DNA of 64,000 nt from Octopus vulgaris (GCA_951406725.2 OX597840.1:30132001-30196000); one strand, 5' to 3'; positions 1-12,393 are shown, counted from the first letter of the stretch. Made by a program: numbers and translations. The notes: generated by a model not told the origin, from the letters alone.

Positions 1-480
1 AATCCTAATGTGTTTATACACATGTTAATTTAAAATAATAGATATTTAGGATTGATTTGCTCTGTTATTTCTATAAACTGACAAGGCAAGCTCAATTAAA
101 CCCTAGGCAATGGAATAAGTGCTACTGATGTGGATTAACTCAATGCGGATCATTGGTGATCTGACACTCCTCATAAGGAGGTTGGTCTCCTTTGTCACTC
201 AAGTAATAAGTGCTTTGCCCATGGCTAAGAGTTGTTTTGACTCTTATTTCTAGCAATGCTGGTGTTGATTTGCACCCTTTATTCCTTTGGTGACAATTGA
301 GTATATATATTTTACATTTTATATTTTATCCAGTTTCAGCTCACGAGCTGTGGCCATGCTGGGGCACCGCCACTACATACATACATACATACACATATAT
401 AAATATATATACACACACACACACATTTATGTGCTTAAATACACCTATAAATATGTGTGTGGGTGGGTGTGTACACACAC

Positions 481-530
<50 letters not shown>

Positions 531-540
531 TTATATATGT

Positions 541-853
541 GGAGGCACAATCGCCCAGCGGTTAGGTCAGCGGACTCGCGGTCGTAGGATCGCAGTTTCG
601 ATTCCCAGACCGGGCATTGTGAATGTTTATGGAGCGCAAACACCTAAAAGCTCCACGAGGCTCCGGCAGGGGGTGGTGATCCCTGTTGTACTCTTTCACC
701 ACTCTTTCTCCCACCCTTTCTTCTGTTGGCCTGCTCGCTTAGCCAGCGGGGTGGCGTCATTCGAAGGCTAAAACAATGCGAACGCATTGTTACCAGCGAT
801 GTGTAACTACATCTGATAGACTGGTCAGTCACGTGATCACGTGATCACGTGAT
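541..853 (+). mobile_element. tRNA-derived SINE with (TCACGTGA)3 tail
   Basis: Pol III A-box-like GCCCAGCGGTTAGG and B-box-like GTTTCGATTCC at the 5' end; the 3' part (GCTAAAACAATGCGAACGCATTG) recurs in the SINE at about 42590-42880; flanked by (TA)n. Confidence 0.75.
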
Positions 854-956
854 ATTTATATGTATGATGATAATTATATTCATACATACATATATGTATG
901 TGTATGTATATATATATATAAGTGGAGCTAAATGTAGGTGTTATTCAAATTCATTT

Positions 957-1045
957 ACTTCTGACACATGTTTTGAAGTTATCACTGATATTATTCCAAA
1001 GGAATAAAATGGTGTAAAACAATGTAATCTTCTTTTCAGGGAAGT
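957..1045 (-). ncRNA. degenerate Penelope-type hammerhead ribozyme motif
   Basis: Minus strand: ACTTCC-CTGAAAA-GAAGATTACA...TGATAACTTC-AAA-ACATGTGT-C-AGAAGT; stems I to III recognisable, core G8 and G12 mutated; same architecture as 33205-33287. Confidence 0.45.
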
Positions 1046-1484
1046 GAAGAAATGAAACTCGTCAATAAGACATTTTAACGGAAAATGATGGATATGTATA
1101 GTGATTAACTGAACACTATTAATGCTGCTTCAAGAAAACTTTATAGGATATAACGTCAGAGGTAGCCTATGGAAAGAGGAGGGATAAAGTAAAGAAAAAC
1201 TAAATAAATGGGAAGTATATGACTATACGTATATTAAATAAAACCTTATATACTAGGAAAATAAATATGTTTAGTGATTGTGAAATATAAAAGGAAAATT
1301 AATGTTTAAATTATATATAAGGATAGAAATCACTTATATGAATGAAAGGTGTATTTTTGCTAATGTTTACATCGGTATGCATGCTCTGTAACCGTGTTTA
1401 CTAGGGGATTTTTAGAAAAAAGAATGAAAAATAGTTTAGAATTGTTAACAAGGGAAAAATACACACATCTATTTATATGTATAT

Positions 1485-2205
1485 AGGGAGAGTTTACAAA
1501 AAAAAAAACAAAAGACGAAGACAGGTGGTGTAGAAAACAAACAGATGTATTAGTATAACGCTCAGGAATATAAAGAAGTCTTTTATGTTTTGAGCCTTCA
1601 GATTATCATTAATGTCTTTCATCGATGGTGAAAGTAGCTAATGTTTGTTTTGTATCCTCCTTGTCATCATCATCATCATCATTGTTTAACGTCCGTTTTC
1701 CGCGCTAGCACGGGTTGGACGGTTCGATCGGGGTCTGGGGAGCCAGGGGCTGCTCCAGGCTCCAGTCTGATCTGGCAGTGTTTCTACAGCTGGATGCCCT
1801 TCCTAACGCCAACCACTCCGCAAGTGTAGTGGGTGCTTTTTACGTGCCCATGATTATTATTGTCATCATCATCATCATCATCATCAACATCATCATCACC
1901 ATCATCATCATCATCATCATCATCACCACCACCATCATCATCATCACCATCACCATCATCATCATTGTCGTCGTCGTCATCATCATTACCATCATTGTTA
2001 TAATGATTTGTTCAGCATGGTTTGTGCATTTTGGTTTTTTGGGAGAGTGAGGGTGGAGGTGGTCAGGAGGGAGTCAGTGTTTGCACACATGTGCACACAC
2101 CCACATTCAAGTGTCCCGTGTTATTGAGACGACACACCCTTGTTTAGAACACAGAAAGAAACAAGGAGAGAAAAAAATGTGTGTAGTGGCTAACGATCTA
2201 TCATG
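1485..2205 (-). mobile_element. short Penelope-pLTR-like repeat, split by an insertion (same family as 27570-27753 and 47630-47827)
   Basis: 1485-1598 and about 2145-2205 match the two halves of the intact copies (ACAAAAGACGAAGACAGGTG...GCTAACGATCTATC). Confidence 0.6.
1666..1850 (-). mobile_element. repeat C (dispersed non-autonomous retroelement with (GAT)n tail)
   Basis: (CAT)n-TTTAACGTCCG...GCTGGATGCCCTTCCTAACGCCAACCACTCC, shared with more than 10 copies in the window. Confidence 0.8.
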
Positions 2206-2304
2206 AACACACGCATGCAAGTGCATATATATGTATGTATGTGTGTATGTGTGTGTATATGTATGTATTCAGATTATTAAAAAAATCATTTCTTATTAGT
2301 TCAT

Positions 2305-2600
2305 CCATCATCATCATCATCATCATCATCATTTAACGTCCGCTTTCCATGCTAGCATGGGTTGGACGGTTCAACTGGGGTCTGGGGAGCCCGAAGGCTG
2401 CACCAGTCCAGTCAGATCTGGCAGTGTTTCTACAGCTGGATGCCCTTCCTAACGCCAACCACTCCGAGAGTGTAGTGGGTGATTTTATGTGCCACCGACA
2501 CAGGTGCCAGACGAGGCTGGCAAACGGCCACGCTCGGATGGTGGTTTTTATGTGCCACCGACACAGGTGCCAGACGAGGCTGGCAGACGGCCACGCTCAT
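2305..2600 (-). mobile_element. repeat C with internal ~62-bp duplication
   Basis: Same consensus as 1666-1850; TTTTATGTGCCACCGACACAGGTGCCAGACGAGGCTGGCA occurs twice. Confidence 0.8.
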
Positions 2601-2874
2601 CATGTCATATTTCCAACTCGAAAGTAAAATTACCAGAACATGGAACCAGGAAAGCAAAACTGAGAAGAACCACCGTTAACTTAATTCTTAAAATAAACAG
2701 ACAACAGAATTGGCAGAAAATGTATTCAGACTAGCAGAACCAAGAAACCTTACAATAGAAATAGAATTATGGTTAGACAAGGAAAACATAAGCAAAAAGG
2801 AAATGTAATATAATAATGATAGAAATAATAATAATAATAATTACAACAACAATAATAACAATATGAATAATAAA

Positions 2875-2915
<41 letters not shown>

Positions 2916-2918
<3 letters not shown>

Positions 2919-3175
2919 TTGAAAAGATAGTGCTCATGGGAACTGCTCATATCCTACGCAAAATACGTTCTATGTAATCTCAAGTTTTAAAACAAGCATA
3001 ATTTTCGTATGTTTTTTTTTCTTCCTTTAGACATTCACTAGTACAGCACTAAATACAAAACAAAATATATGGCACACTAGGCATAACAACATCACAAACT
3101 TCCAACCTGTTGTCTCTTGGGGTCTCTGGGTGAGACTTGGAGCCAACTTGTACAAATATAAAGCAAAAGTCAAAC

Positions 3176-3177
<2 letters not shown>
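2916..3177 (+). mobile_element. 3' end of a Dong/R4-type RLE non-LTR retrotransposon, second subfamily, embedded in (TAA)n
   Basis: Encodes EKIVLMGTAHILRKIRSM*, homologous to QKIALLGTAHILRRTLSIQ* at about 11550-11606, followed by a different 3' UTR; (TAA)n on both sides. Confidence 0.7.
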
Positions 3178-3232
<55 letters not shown>

Positions 3233-3487
3233 TGATAATTATAATAATAATTATAATCTTTTCTACTGAAGGCACAAAGTCTGAAATTTTAGGGGGAGGG
3301 GGTAAGTCAATCACATCGATCCCTAGTATTCAACTAGTACTTATTTTATTAACCCCCCAAAGAGAAGAAAAGGAAAGCTAACCTTGGAAGAATTTGAACT
3401 CAGAATGTAAAGATGAACAAAATGCCTTTAAGCATTTTGCCCAGTATGCAAATGATTCTGCCAGCTCACTGTTTTAAATCATAATAA

Positions 3488-3709
3488 TGATAAAACAATA
3501 TTCAGACAAATACATAACAAAAACACCAGGACTTACAAACACATATAACATACTGAAAATTGCACTACTGGGCACTGCACACATCCTACGCAGAACACTT
3601 TCCATACAATAACCATCAGAGCATCACAACAAATCACAGCACATACCCAAGGCACACAGACCTGCACTCGGTAGTGAAGTGAAAGCACGCTATAAAAATA
3701 AAACTACTG
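3488..3709 (+). mobile_element. 5'-truncated Dong/R4-type LINE 3' end in (TAA)n
   Basis: Near-identical to 11480-11703, including the 3' UTR ending AAAATAAAACTACTG followed by (AAT)n. Confidence 0.85.
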
Positions 3710-3713
3710 AATA

Positions 3714-3795
<82 letters not shown>

Positions 3796-4329
3796 TAATA
3801 ATAGTAGTAGTAGTAGTAGTAGTAATAACAATAAATATGCACACCTGCACAAATATGTGAGTGTATAGTTTTATTATTAAGCGGTAAACCACCAATTTAC
3901 CTTGAACTAGTATGTATCCTTAATGACCAGTGACTTTATCTCCCTTCTCCCTATCTTTCTTCTTCCCCTAGCAAATCCACCTTACTACCTCTCTTCTTTT
4001 TCTTCTGATGACAATTCTACTTCTAAAACTTTTTCTCTTTTCTTTTCTTTGATTCTGTTTAAATGTATATACTTGGGTACAACAATATATTCATTTACTG
4101 TTGACATAGTAAATGACACCAGCTTAATATTCATAACGACCTTCCCCTCGTCAGCTTCAATCTCACCAAAATATCCCCCTCTTCCATCTCTCTTTCCTTT
4201 TATCAATACTTAACAACTTTAGACAGTTGCCTACTCCTATCTTTTATTTCATACATGTTTTTCTATTTAGTTTTAATAATAATAATAATATTCACCACTC
4301 ATTTTAAATCACATCTCCTACAAGTTAAC

Positions 4330-4612
4330 TTTGGATCATAGGGCAACCTGCTCTGCTTGAGGAGACCTACTGAGTCAAGTACATCATCAAAATGAAAATC
4401 AAATGGAAATTGTAGTTGTGATACTTGTGCCAGTGGCATGTAAAAAGCACCCACTACACTCATGGAGTGGTTGGCTTTAGGAAGAGCATCCAGCTGTAGA
4501 AACACAGCCAGATCAGCCTGGAGCCTGGTGCAGCCTTCTGGCTTCCCAGACCCCAGTCGAACCATCCAATACATGCTAGCATGGAAAACGGACACTAAAT
4601 GATGACGATGAT
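4330..4612 (+). mobile_element. repeat C
   Basis: GGAAGAGCATCCAGCTGTAGAAAC...GCATGGAAAACGGACACTAAATGATGACGATG. Confidence 0.75.
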
Positions 4613-4807
4613 GCGCGTGTGTACCGTTGGCGATTTTTTTCCCTCTGTCTTCCCTTCTCTGGATCTTTCCTTCTCCTATGTTTTCGACGAAGAGCTCCGC
4701 TCCAAACATTAAACCCTCCTTCTTCCCTTCCTTCCTGAGCGTCCAATAATACTATATTTGTTCCACGTCCTCGTGTTGTTGTGTTTTTTTGTGCTTTCTT
4801 GTTTGGA

Positions 4808-4812
<5 letters not shown>
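4613..4812 (+). mobile_element. short Penelope-pLTR-like repeat carrying a mutated minimal hammerhead (4680-4714)
   Basis: Near-identical to 26212-26415; followed by (TA)n(GATA)n. Confidence 0.65.
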
Positions 4813-4861
<49 letters not shown>

Positions 4862-4862
4862 T

Positions 4863-4918
<56 letters not shown>

Positions 4919-5454
4919 ATGCAACAAGCTTTTATCAGAATATCAACAATCTAGTGGACTCTACCCATGAGAAAATTGTTAATAACTAGAAATGAAGCTA
5001 AAATAAATACAACCAGATGAATATAACACAGAGATAGGACTTCTTCTTCATTATTCTCTCTCATTCCGCTAAATAAACATATGGTAGCTGCCTATGAGCA
5101 AATGCAAGAATAAAGGATAGGAACAGTTCAATAGATAACTAGCTCAAGGGGTTGTTTGCGAATGTTCCTATTTACATTAAGCTGCAAAATGAAGGATCGA
5201 TTGACTCAAGTCAACAGAAAAAAAAGGGAAAAAACTTATCCCTCGATGTTGTTTGCGGTTGATTGCCTCGTTATGGAAGACCGAGCGTAGATCGAAGTTC
5301 CCCAGTTTCGGTTTTTTGGATTTTGAATGTCGCACCGTATTTAGCTGCATTTACCGTTTCACCATCTGATGGGAATAACAGAAATCGATTGGAAAATGAT
5401 CACACACTCAAACCAAAATGGATCAGCTTTTTCTAAAAAGGATATTGACAGATT

Positions 5455-5489
5455 ACAAAATAATGATAATATTAATGGTGATGATGATG

Positions 5490-5531
<42 letters not shown>

Positions 5532-5555
5532 TTATTAATAATAATAATAATGATG

Positions 5556-5588
<33 letters not shown>

Positions 5589-5674
5589 TTAATAATAATA
5601 ATAATAATAATAATGATAATAATAATAATAATAATGATGATAATAATAATAATAGCAATAATAATAATAATATG

Positions 5675-5734
<60 letters not shown>

Positions 5735-5886
5735 GATAATTATAGTACCAAAATAATTATGATAATAATGATAATAATAAAATTAAATGGTGATGATGAT
5801 GATGATGATGATGATAATAATAAATGATAATTATAATAGCAAAATACTAATAATAATAATAAAATTAAATAATGATGATGATGATG

Positions 5887-5929
<43 letters not shown>

Positions 5930-6092
5930 ACAAAGTTGCACCAACAATTATAAAATACATAGGACACTCTATGAATAAATGGCAAATAATAATAGCAACA
6001 ACAACAATGATGATGATGAGGAGGATGATGACAACGTTGACAGCAACAACAAAAATGATGAAGATGATGATGATGATGATGATGATGATAAC
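5455..6092. repeat. compound (TAA)n/(GAT)n microsatellite with duplicated interrupts
   Basis: Directly visible; the AAATGATAATTATA...AAAATTAAAT block occurs at about 5731 and about 5822. Confidence 0.9.
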
Positions 6093-6504
6093 ATAAAAAA
6101 AAAAATGCAATCAGATGATTAAACATCAGCATCAGATTGCAAAGGGAATAATGAATTCCTGAGCCATCGATTGTGACTCAATAATAGACAATCCGAAATG
6201 TAATTTATGGGGACTGCCATGAACAAACATTCCCAAGTAGAATAACTGTGCTTAAGCATGAACCGTTTCTGCTAAGCTAAAAGCTTTGATATAACAAGGA
6301 ATTACAATAATGCAGGACCCGCATCCATAAACTTGCATCAGCCTTAAAGACTCAAAGAGTATATTATCATTTGGAAGAACCAATCATCAAGGTTGCACAC
6401 ATTGGTTCTTGGAATTGTGAGGAATTCATTTACAGGGTGGAATATGGAATGTAAATAACAGAAATATGTGGTGCCAAAGGAATGAATTGTTGTTAAAGGA
6501 ATTA

Positions 6505-7660
6505 CCTATTTCTTTACTACCCACAAGGGGCTAAACAAAGTGAGGACAAACAAGGACAGACAAAGAGATTAAATCGATTATATCGACCCCAGTGCATAAC
6601 TGGTACTTAATTTATCAACCCCGAAAGGATAAAAGGCAAAGTCGACCTTGGCGGAATTTGAACTCAAAACATAAAGACAGGCGAAATACCTATTTCTTCA
6701 TTACCCACAAGGGGCTAAACATAGAGGGGACAAACAAAGACAGCCATAGGTATTAAGTCGATTACATCGACCCCAGTGCGTAACTGGTACTTAATTTATG
6801 GACTCCGAAAGGATAAAAGGCAAAGTCGACCTCAGCGGAATTTGAACCCAAAACTTAAAGACAGACAAAATACCTATTTCTTCATTACCCACAAGGGGCT
6901 AAACATAGAGGGGATGAACAAGGACAGACATAGGTATTAAGTCGATTACATCGACATCAGTGCGTAACTGGTACTTAATTTATCGACCCCGAAAGGATGA
7001 AAAGCAAAGTCGACCTCGGCGGAATTTGAACACAGAACGTAATGGCAGACGAAATACCTATTTCTTTACTACCCACAAGGGGCTAAACACAGAGGGGACA
7101 AACAAGGACTGACATAGGTATTAAATCGATTACATCGACCCCAGTGCGTAACTGGTACTTAATTTATCGACCCCGAAAGGATAAAAGGCAAAGTCGACCT
7201 CGGCAGAATTTGAACTAAGAACGTAAAGACAGACGAAATACCTATGTCTTCATTACGCACAAGGGGCTAAACACAGAGGGGACGAACAAGGACAGACATA
7301 GGTATTAAGTCGATTACATCGACCCCAGTGCGTAACTGGTACTTAATTTATCGACCCCGAAAGGATAAAAGGCAAAGTCGACCTCGGCAGAATTTGAACT
7401 AAGAACGTAAAGACAGACGAAATACCTATGTCTTCATTACGCACAAGGGGCTAAACACAGAGGGGACGAACAAGGACAGACATAGGTATTAAGTCGATTA
7501 CATCGACCCCAGTGCGTAACTGGTACTTAATTTATCGACCCGAAAGGATGAAAAGCAAAGTTCAACCTCAGCGGAATTTGAACTCACAACGCAATGGCAG
7601 ACAAAATACAGCTAAGCATTTCGCCCAGCGTGCAAACGTTTCTGCCAGCTCGCCACCTTC
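6505..7660 (-). mobile_element. SINE-B hexamer: six head-to-tail ~184-bp units, only the 5'-most with the full tRNA head
   Basis: Unit starts (CCTATTTC/CCTATGTC) at 6505, 6689, 6873, 7057, 7241 and 7425; head at about 7610-7660; TSD TTAAAGGAATT at 6493-6503 and 7661-7671. Confidence 0.9.
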
Positions 7661-7861
7661 TTAAAGGAATTTACAGAAAGAATATTAGGCAAATAAGTTA
7701 AGCAGCTCACTATGCAACCTCGAGGTTTTCAGTTCAATCCCAAGCACAGCATCTCAAGGAAGTGTCTTTTAATACATCCCTAATCCACCCAAGTATTTGC
7801 AAGTGAATTTGGTAGATGGAAACTGTGTGGAAGCTCATTTTACATATGTATCTTTTTTTTT

Positions 7862-8261
7862 TTTCTTTTTACTTGTTTCAGTCATTTTGACTGTGGCCAT
7901 GCTGGAGCACCGCCTTTAATCGAGCAACTCGACCCCGGGGCTTATTCTTTGTAAGCCAAGTACTTATTCTATCGGTCTCTTTTGCCGAACTGCTAAGTGA
8001 CGGGGATATAAACACACCAGCATCGGTTGTCAAGCAATGCTAGGGAAACAAACACAGACACACAAACATACACGCACATACATATATATATGTATATACG
8101 ATGGGCTTCTTTCAGTTTCCGTCTACCAAATCCAATCACAAGGCTTTGGTCGGCCCAAGGCTATAGTAGAAGACACTTGCCCAAGGTGCCATGCAGTGGA
8201 ACTGAACCCGGAACCATGTGGTTTGTAAGCAAGCTACTTACCACACAGCCACTCCTGCGCC

Positions 8262-8262
<1 letters not shown>
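7862..8262 (-). mobile_element. SINE-A (tRNA-derived, CORE-like GGCACCTTGGGCAAGTG, internal (TA)/(TG) microsatellite)
   Basis: Full-length match to about 20 copies in the window; head GGCGCAGGAGTGGCTGTGTGGTAAG, B-box GGGTTCAGT. Confidence 0.9.
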
Positions 8263-8297
<35 letters not shown>

Positions 8298-8744
8298 ATA
8301 TATATATATATATGTATATATGTATATCTTACCTTTTATTTGTTTCAGACTAATGATTGAAACAAGTCATCATCATCATAATCATCATCATCATCATCGT
8401 TTCACATCCGCTTTCCATGCTGGCATGGATTAGACAGTTTGATTGAGCACTGGTTGCACCAGGCTCCAATCTGATCTGGCAAGGTTTCTACAGCCGGATG
8501 CTCTTCCTGATGCCAACCACTCCAAAAGTGTAGCAGATGCTTTTTACATGCTACTGGCACAGGGGCCAGTCAGGCGGTACTGGCACCACATGTTGTGAAG
8601 TACTTTTGCTATGCAGAGCATCCTTTCATAGAAATCCTCCTAAAAATAGACAGCAGAGCATAAGGTATCCCTTGGGCCTGTTGGATCCTTTTAAACTGTC
8701 CAGTCCAGGCCTGAATGGAGTATTGGCGTTAAATACAGAGGAGG

Positions 8745-8958
8745 ATAGATAGATAGACAGATAGATAGATGGATGGATGGATGGATGGATGGATGGATGG
8801 ACGGACGGACGGACGGACGGACGGACGGACGGACGGACGGACGAACGGATATATAAACAAATACATAGATAAATTAACAGATAGATACACACGTACTTAA
8901 AAAGACAGACAGGTAGATAGATTGAAAGATAGGCAGACAGAGATAGATAGATAGACAG
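8745..8958. repeat. compound tetranucleotide microsatellite GATA to GATG to GACG
   Basis: Directly visible. Confidence 0.9.
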
Positions 8959-8959
8959 G

Positions 8960-9280
8960 TAGTGCCAGTGGCACGTATAAAGCACCATCTGAACATGACT
9001 GATGCCAGTATCCCCTGACTGGCCCCCATGCCAGTGGCATGTAAAAAGCACTATCCAAACATGATCGATGCCAGGCCTGCTTTACTGGTTCCTGTGCCGG
9101 TGGCACATGAAAAGCTCCCACTACACTCTTGGAGTAGCTGACTTTTGGAAGGGCATCCGGCTTTAGAAACATTGCTAGATCAGATTGGAGCTTGGTGCGG
9201 CCTCCAGGCTCTCCAGACTTCAGTCAAACCGTCCAACCCATGCCAGCATGGAAAGCGGACGTTAAACGATAATGATGATG
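8960..9280 (+). mobile_element. repeat C
   Basis: Ends GCATGGAAAGCGGACGTTAAACGATAATGATG; internal GTGCCAGTGGCA sub-repeats. Confidence 0.75.
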
Positions 9281-9363
9281 TAAATAGATAGATAGGGAAA
9301 GAGAGAGAGAAAGAGAGAGATCGATGACAGGCTTTCATACAGTTTCTGCCTTCTAAATTCACT

Positions 9364-9535
9364 GTCATTACATTCTGAGTTCAAATTCCACCACGGTCGA
9401 CTTTGCCTTTCATCCTTTCAGGGTCGATAAATAAAGTACCAGTTTCATACTGGGGTCGATGTAATCGACTTAATCCCTTTGTCTGTCCTTGTTTGTCCCC
9501 TCTATGTTTAGCCCCTTGTGGGCAGTAAAGAAATA
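9364..9535 (+). mobile_element. 5'-truncated SINE-B monomer inserted in an older SINE
   Basis: GGTCGACTTTGCCTTTCATCCTTTC core; TSD TAAATTCACT on both sides. Confidence 0.8.
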
Positions 9536-9664
9536 TAAATTCACTCACAAAGCATTTGACAACCTAGGGCTATAAGTAGAAGACACTTACCCCAAAATAC
9601 CAAACAGCAGGATTGAACCTCAAACCACATAGCTACAAAGTGAACTACACATAGCCAATACCTA

Positions 9665-10437
9665 TACTCTTTTACTCTTTTACTTGTTTCAGTCATTTGA
9701 CTGTGGCCATGCTGCAGCACCGCCTTTAGTCGAGCAAATCGACCCCAGGACTTATTCTTTGTAAGCCCAGTACTTATTCTATCGGTCTCTTTTGCCGAAC
9801 TGCTAAGTGACTGGGACATAAACACACCAGCATCGGTTGTCAAGCAATGCTAGGGGGACAAACACAGACGCACAAACATACACACAAATACATATATATA
9901 TATATATATACATATATACGACAGGCTTCTTTCAGTTTCCGTCTACCAAATCCACTCACAAGGCATTGGTCGGCCCGGGGCTATAGCAGAAGACACTTGC
10001 CCAAGGTGCCACGCAGTGGGACTGAACCCGGAACCATGTGGTTGGTTAGCAAGCTACTTACCACACAACCACTCCTGCGCCTATATATATATACGACAGG
10101 CTTCTTTCAGTTTCCGTCTACCAAATCCACTCACAAGGCATTGGTCGGCCCGGGGCTATAGCAGAAGACACTTGCCCAAGGTGCCACGCAGTGGGACTGA
10201 ACCCGGAACCATGTGATTGGTTAGCAAGCTACTTACCACACAACCACTCCTGCGCCTATATATATATATACGACGGGCTTCTTTTCAGTTTCCGTCTACC
10301 AAATCCACTCACAAGGCATTGGTCGGCCCGGGGCTATACCAGAAGACACTTGCCCAAGGTGCCACGCAGTGGGACTGAACCCGGAACCATGTGGTTGGTA
10401 AGCAAGCTACTTACCACACAGCCACTGCTGCGCCTAT
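9665..10437 (-). mobile_element. SINE-A with triplicated 5' half
   Basis: One 3' half (9665-9890) and three ~175-bp head units ending at about 10083, 10258 and 10436. Confidence 0.9.
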
Positions 10438-11102
10438 GCTCGTTTAAAATATTTTCCATTTTCCTTTAAAAAAAAAAAACATAGGATTTGTTGTAAACGG
10501 AAATGAAATTTAGTTTTCCAAGCACATCAATGAGTAAATTTCATTCTAAATTTAAAAGTAGGAAAAAAAGAGAAAAGTCATAAATTGTGTATTTAATATA
10601 TTTCAAGCATATTTTTAACACATTTTTTCTCGTGTTATCACTTCCAGTTTTTTATATCTAATATCACTCACACTTAATATTCTCGTTTCCACTTCTTATA
10701 AAGAAATGCATGTTTGATTCTGTTATATTAGTTCCAAAGCAACGTTTAATTTAATCTTTACAATAAGTGTAAGTCTATTTTAGGTGAGCAATACGTTATC
10801 AAAAGCCAGTTTAGTTGAATTGAGTTGAGAAGTGTTGTTTGTTTAAGTTTCCATCATTCTTTATTTTTTTTTTTTCTTTTAAAGTTTAAAGAGAATTTAA
10901 ATTAAATTAGTGAATTCTGGTTCAAGGGGAAAAAATTGTATCAACATGGTTTTTCTTATTTTGCAGTTTTTGGTTTTCAAATAATTTGATAAAAGTTGTA
11001 ACTGCGTGACTTGGCATTAAATTCGTTGGTTTAACATAACTCCGTTAATATCAATATGCAAACAAGCTGTAAAAGAAACCAAAATAATAATAACAATAAT
11101 AG

Positions 11103-11700
11103 TAAGAAGGAATATATTCACAGACATGACAGAGTTGGAACCTACATACATTGGAAGCTATGCCAACATTATGGAATAACAACAGAAAAAAGATGGTATA
11201 GGCACACACCAGAAAAGGTCACAGAAAACGAGAAAGCAACCATACTCTGGGATATGCTGATACACACAGATAGAGAAATTAAGGCCAACAGACCAGATAT
11301 AGTTGTCAGAGACCATGAAGAAAAAAATGCTTTCTAATTGATGTATCAATACCGGCAGATGACAACATGTCTCTAAAAGAAATGGAGAAACTTTCAAAAT
11401 ACAAAGACCTGGAAATAGAGGTAACCAGAATGTGGAATCTAAAAACAGAAACAATTCCTATCATAGTAGGTGCATTAGGCATGATAAAAAAATATTCAGA
11501 CAAATACATAACAAAAACACCAGGACTTACAAACACATATAACATACAGAAAATTGCACTACTAGGCACTGCACACATCCTACGCAGAACACTTTCCATA
11601 CAATAACCATCAGAGCATCACAACAAATCACAGCACATACCTAAGGCACACAGAGCTGCGCTCGGTAGTGAAGTGAAAGCACGCTATAAAAATAAAACTA

Positions 11701-11703
<3 letters not shown>
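11103..11703 (+). pseudogene. Dong/R4-clade non-LTR retrotransposon restriction-like endonuclease C-terminus plus 3' UTR, frameshifted, in (TAA)n
   Basis: HRHD...RPDIVV...LIDV...KEMEKLSKYKDL...PIIVGALG motifs (PD-D/E-xK RLE signature) across ORFs 11056-11337 and 11367-11606; frameshift near the poly-A at about 11320. Confidence 0.88.
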
Positions 11704-11764
<61 letters not shown>

Positions 11765-11766
<2 letters not shown>

Positions 11767-12005
11767 CATCATCATCATTTAGCGTCCGCTTTCCATGCTA
11801 GCATGGGTTGGATGGTTCAACTGGGGTCTGGGAAGCCAGAAGGCTGCACCAGGCTCCAGTCTGATCTGGCAGTGTTTCTACGGCTGGATGCCCTTCCTAA
11901 CGCCAACCACTCCATGAGGGTAGTGGGTGCTTTTTACGTGCCACCCACAGGTGCCAGACAGAGCTGGCAAACGGCCACGGACTGATGGTGCTTTTTATGT
12001 GCCAC
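11765..12005 (-). mobile_element. repeat C
   Basis: Consensus match; lies inside (TAA)n. Confidence 0.8.
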
Positions 12006-12029
12006 AATAATAATAATAATAATAATAAT

Positions 12030-12393
12030 ACTTTTACTCTTTTACTTGTTTCAGTCATTTGACTGTGGCCATGCTGGAGCACTGCCTTTATTCGAGCAAA
12101 TCGACCCCAAGTCTTATTCTTTGTAAAGCCTAGTACTTATTCTATCGGTCTCTTTTGCCGAACCACTATGTTACGGGGACCTAAACACACCAGCAAACAT
12201 ATATACACACACATAGACAGACACGCAAACATATATACACGCACATATACACACATATATATACATATATACGACATGTTTCTTTCAGTTTCCGTTTACC
12301 AAATCCACTCTCAAAGGCATTGGTCGGCCCGGAACTATAGTAGAAGACACTTGCCCGAGGTGCCATGCAGTGGGACTGAACCCGGAACCATGT
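12030..12393 (-). mobile_element. SINE-A, truncated
   Basis: Consensus match; immediately followed by an oppositely oriented SINE-A tail (12410-12555). Confidence 0.85.

Noticed and set aside
3900-4260. Purine-rich degenerate coding-like tracts (also 1050-1460, 12780-13010 and 62130-62500)
   Set aside because: Possibly old Penelope or LINE ORF remnants, but no diagnostic motif could be read
6505-7660. CRISPR-like or satellite interpretation of the regular array
   Set aside because: Whole units repeat with no unique spacers; it is a SINE multimer in a eukaryotic context
8027-8353. Recurrent ORFs such as FRLPNPLTR...PKVPRSGTEPGTMW
   Set aside because: Antisense translations of SINE-A copies
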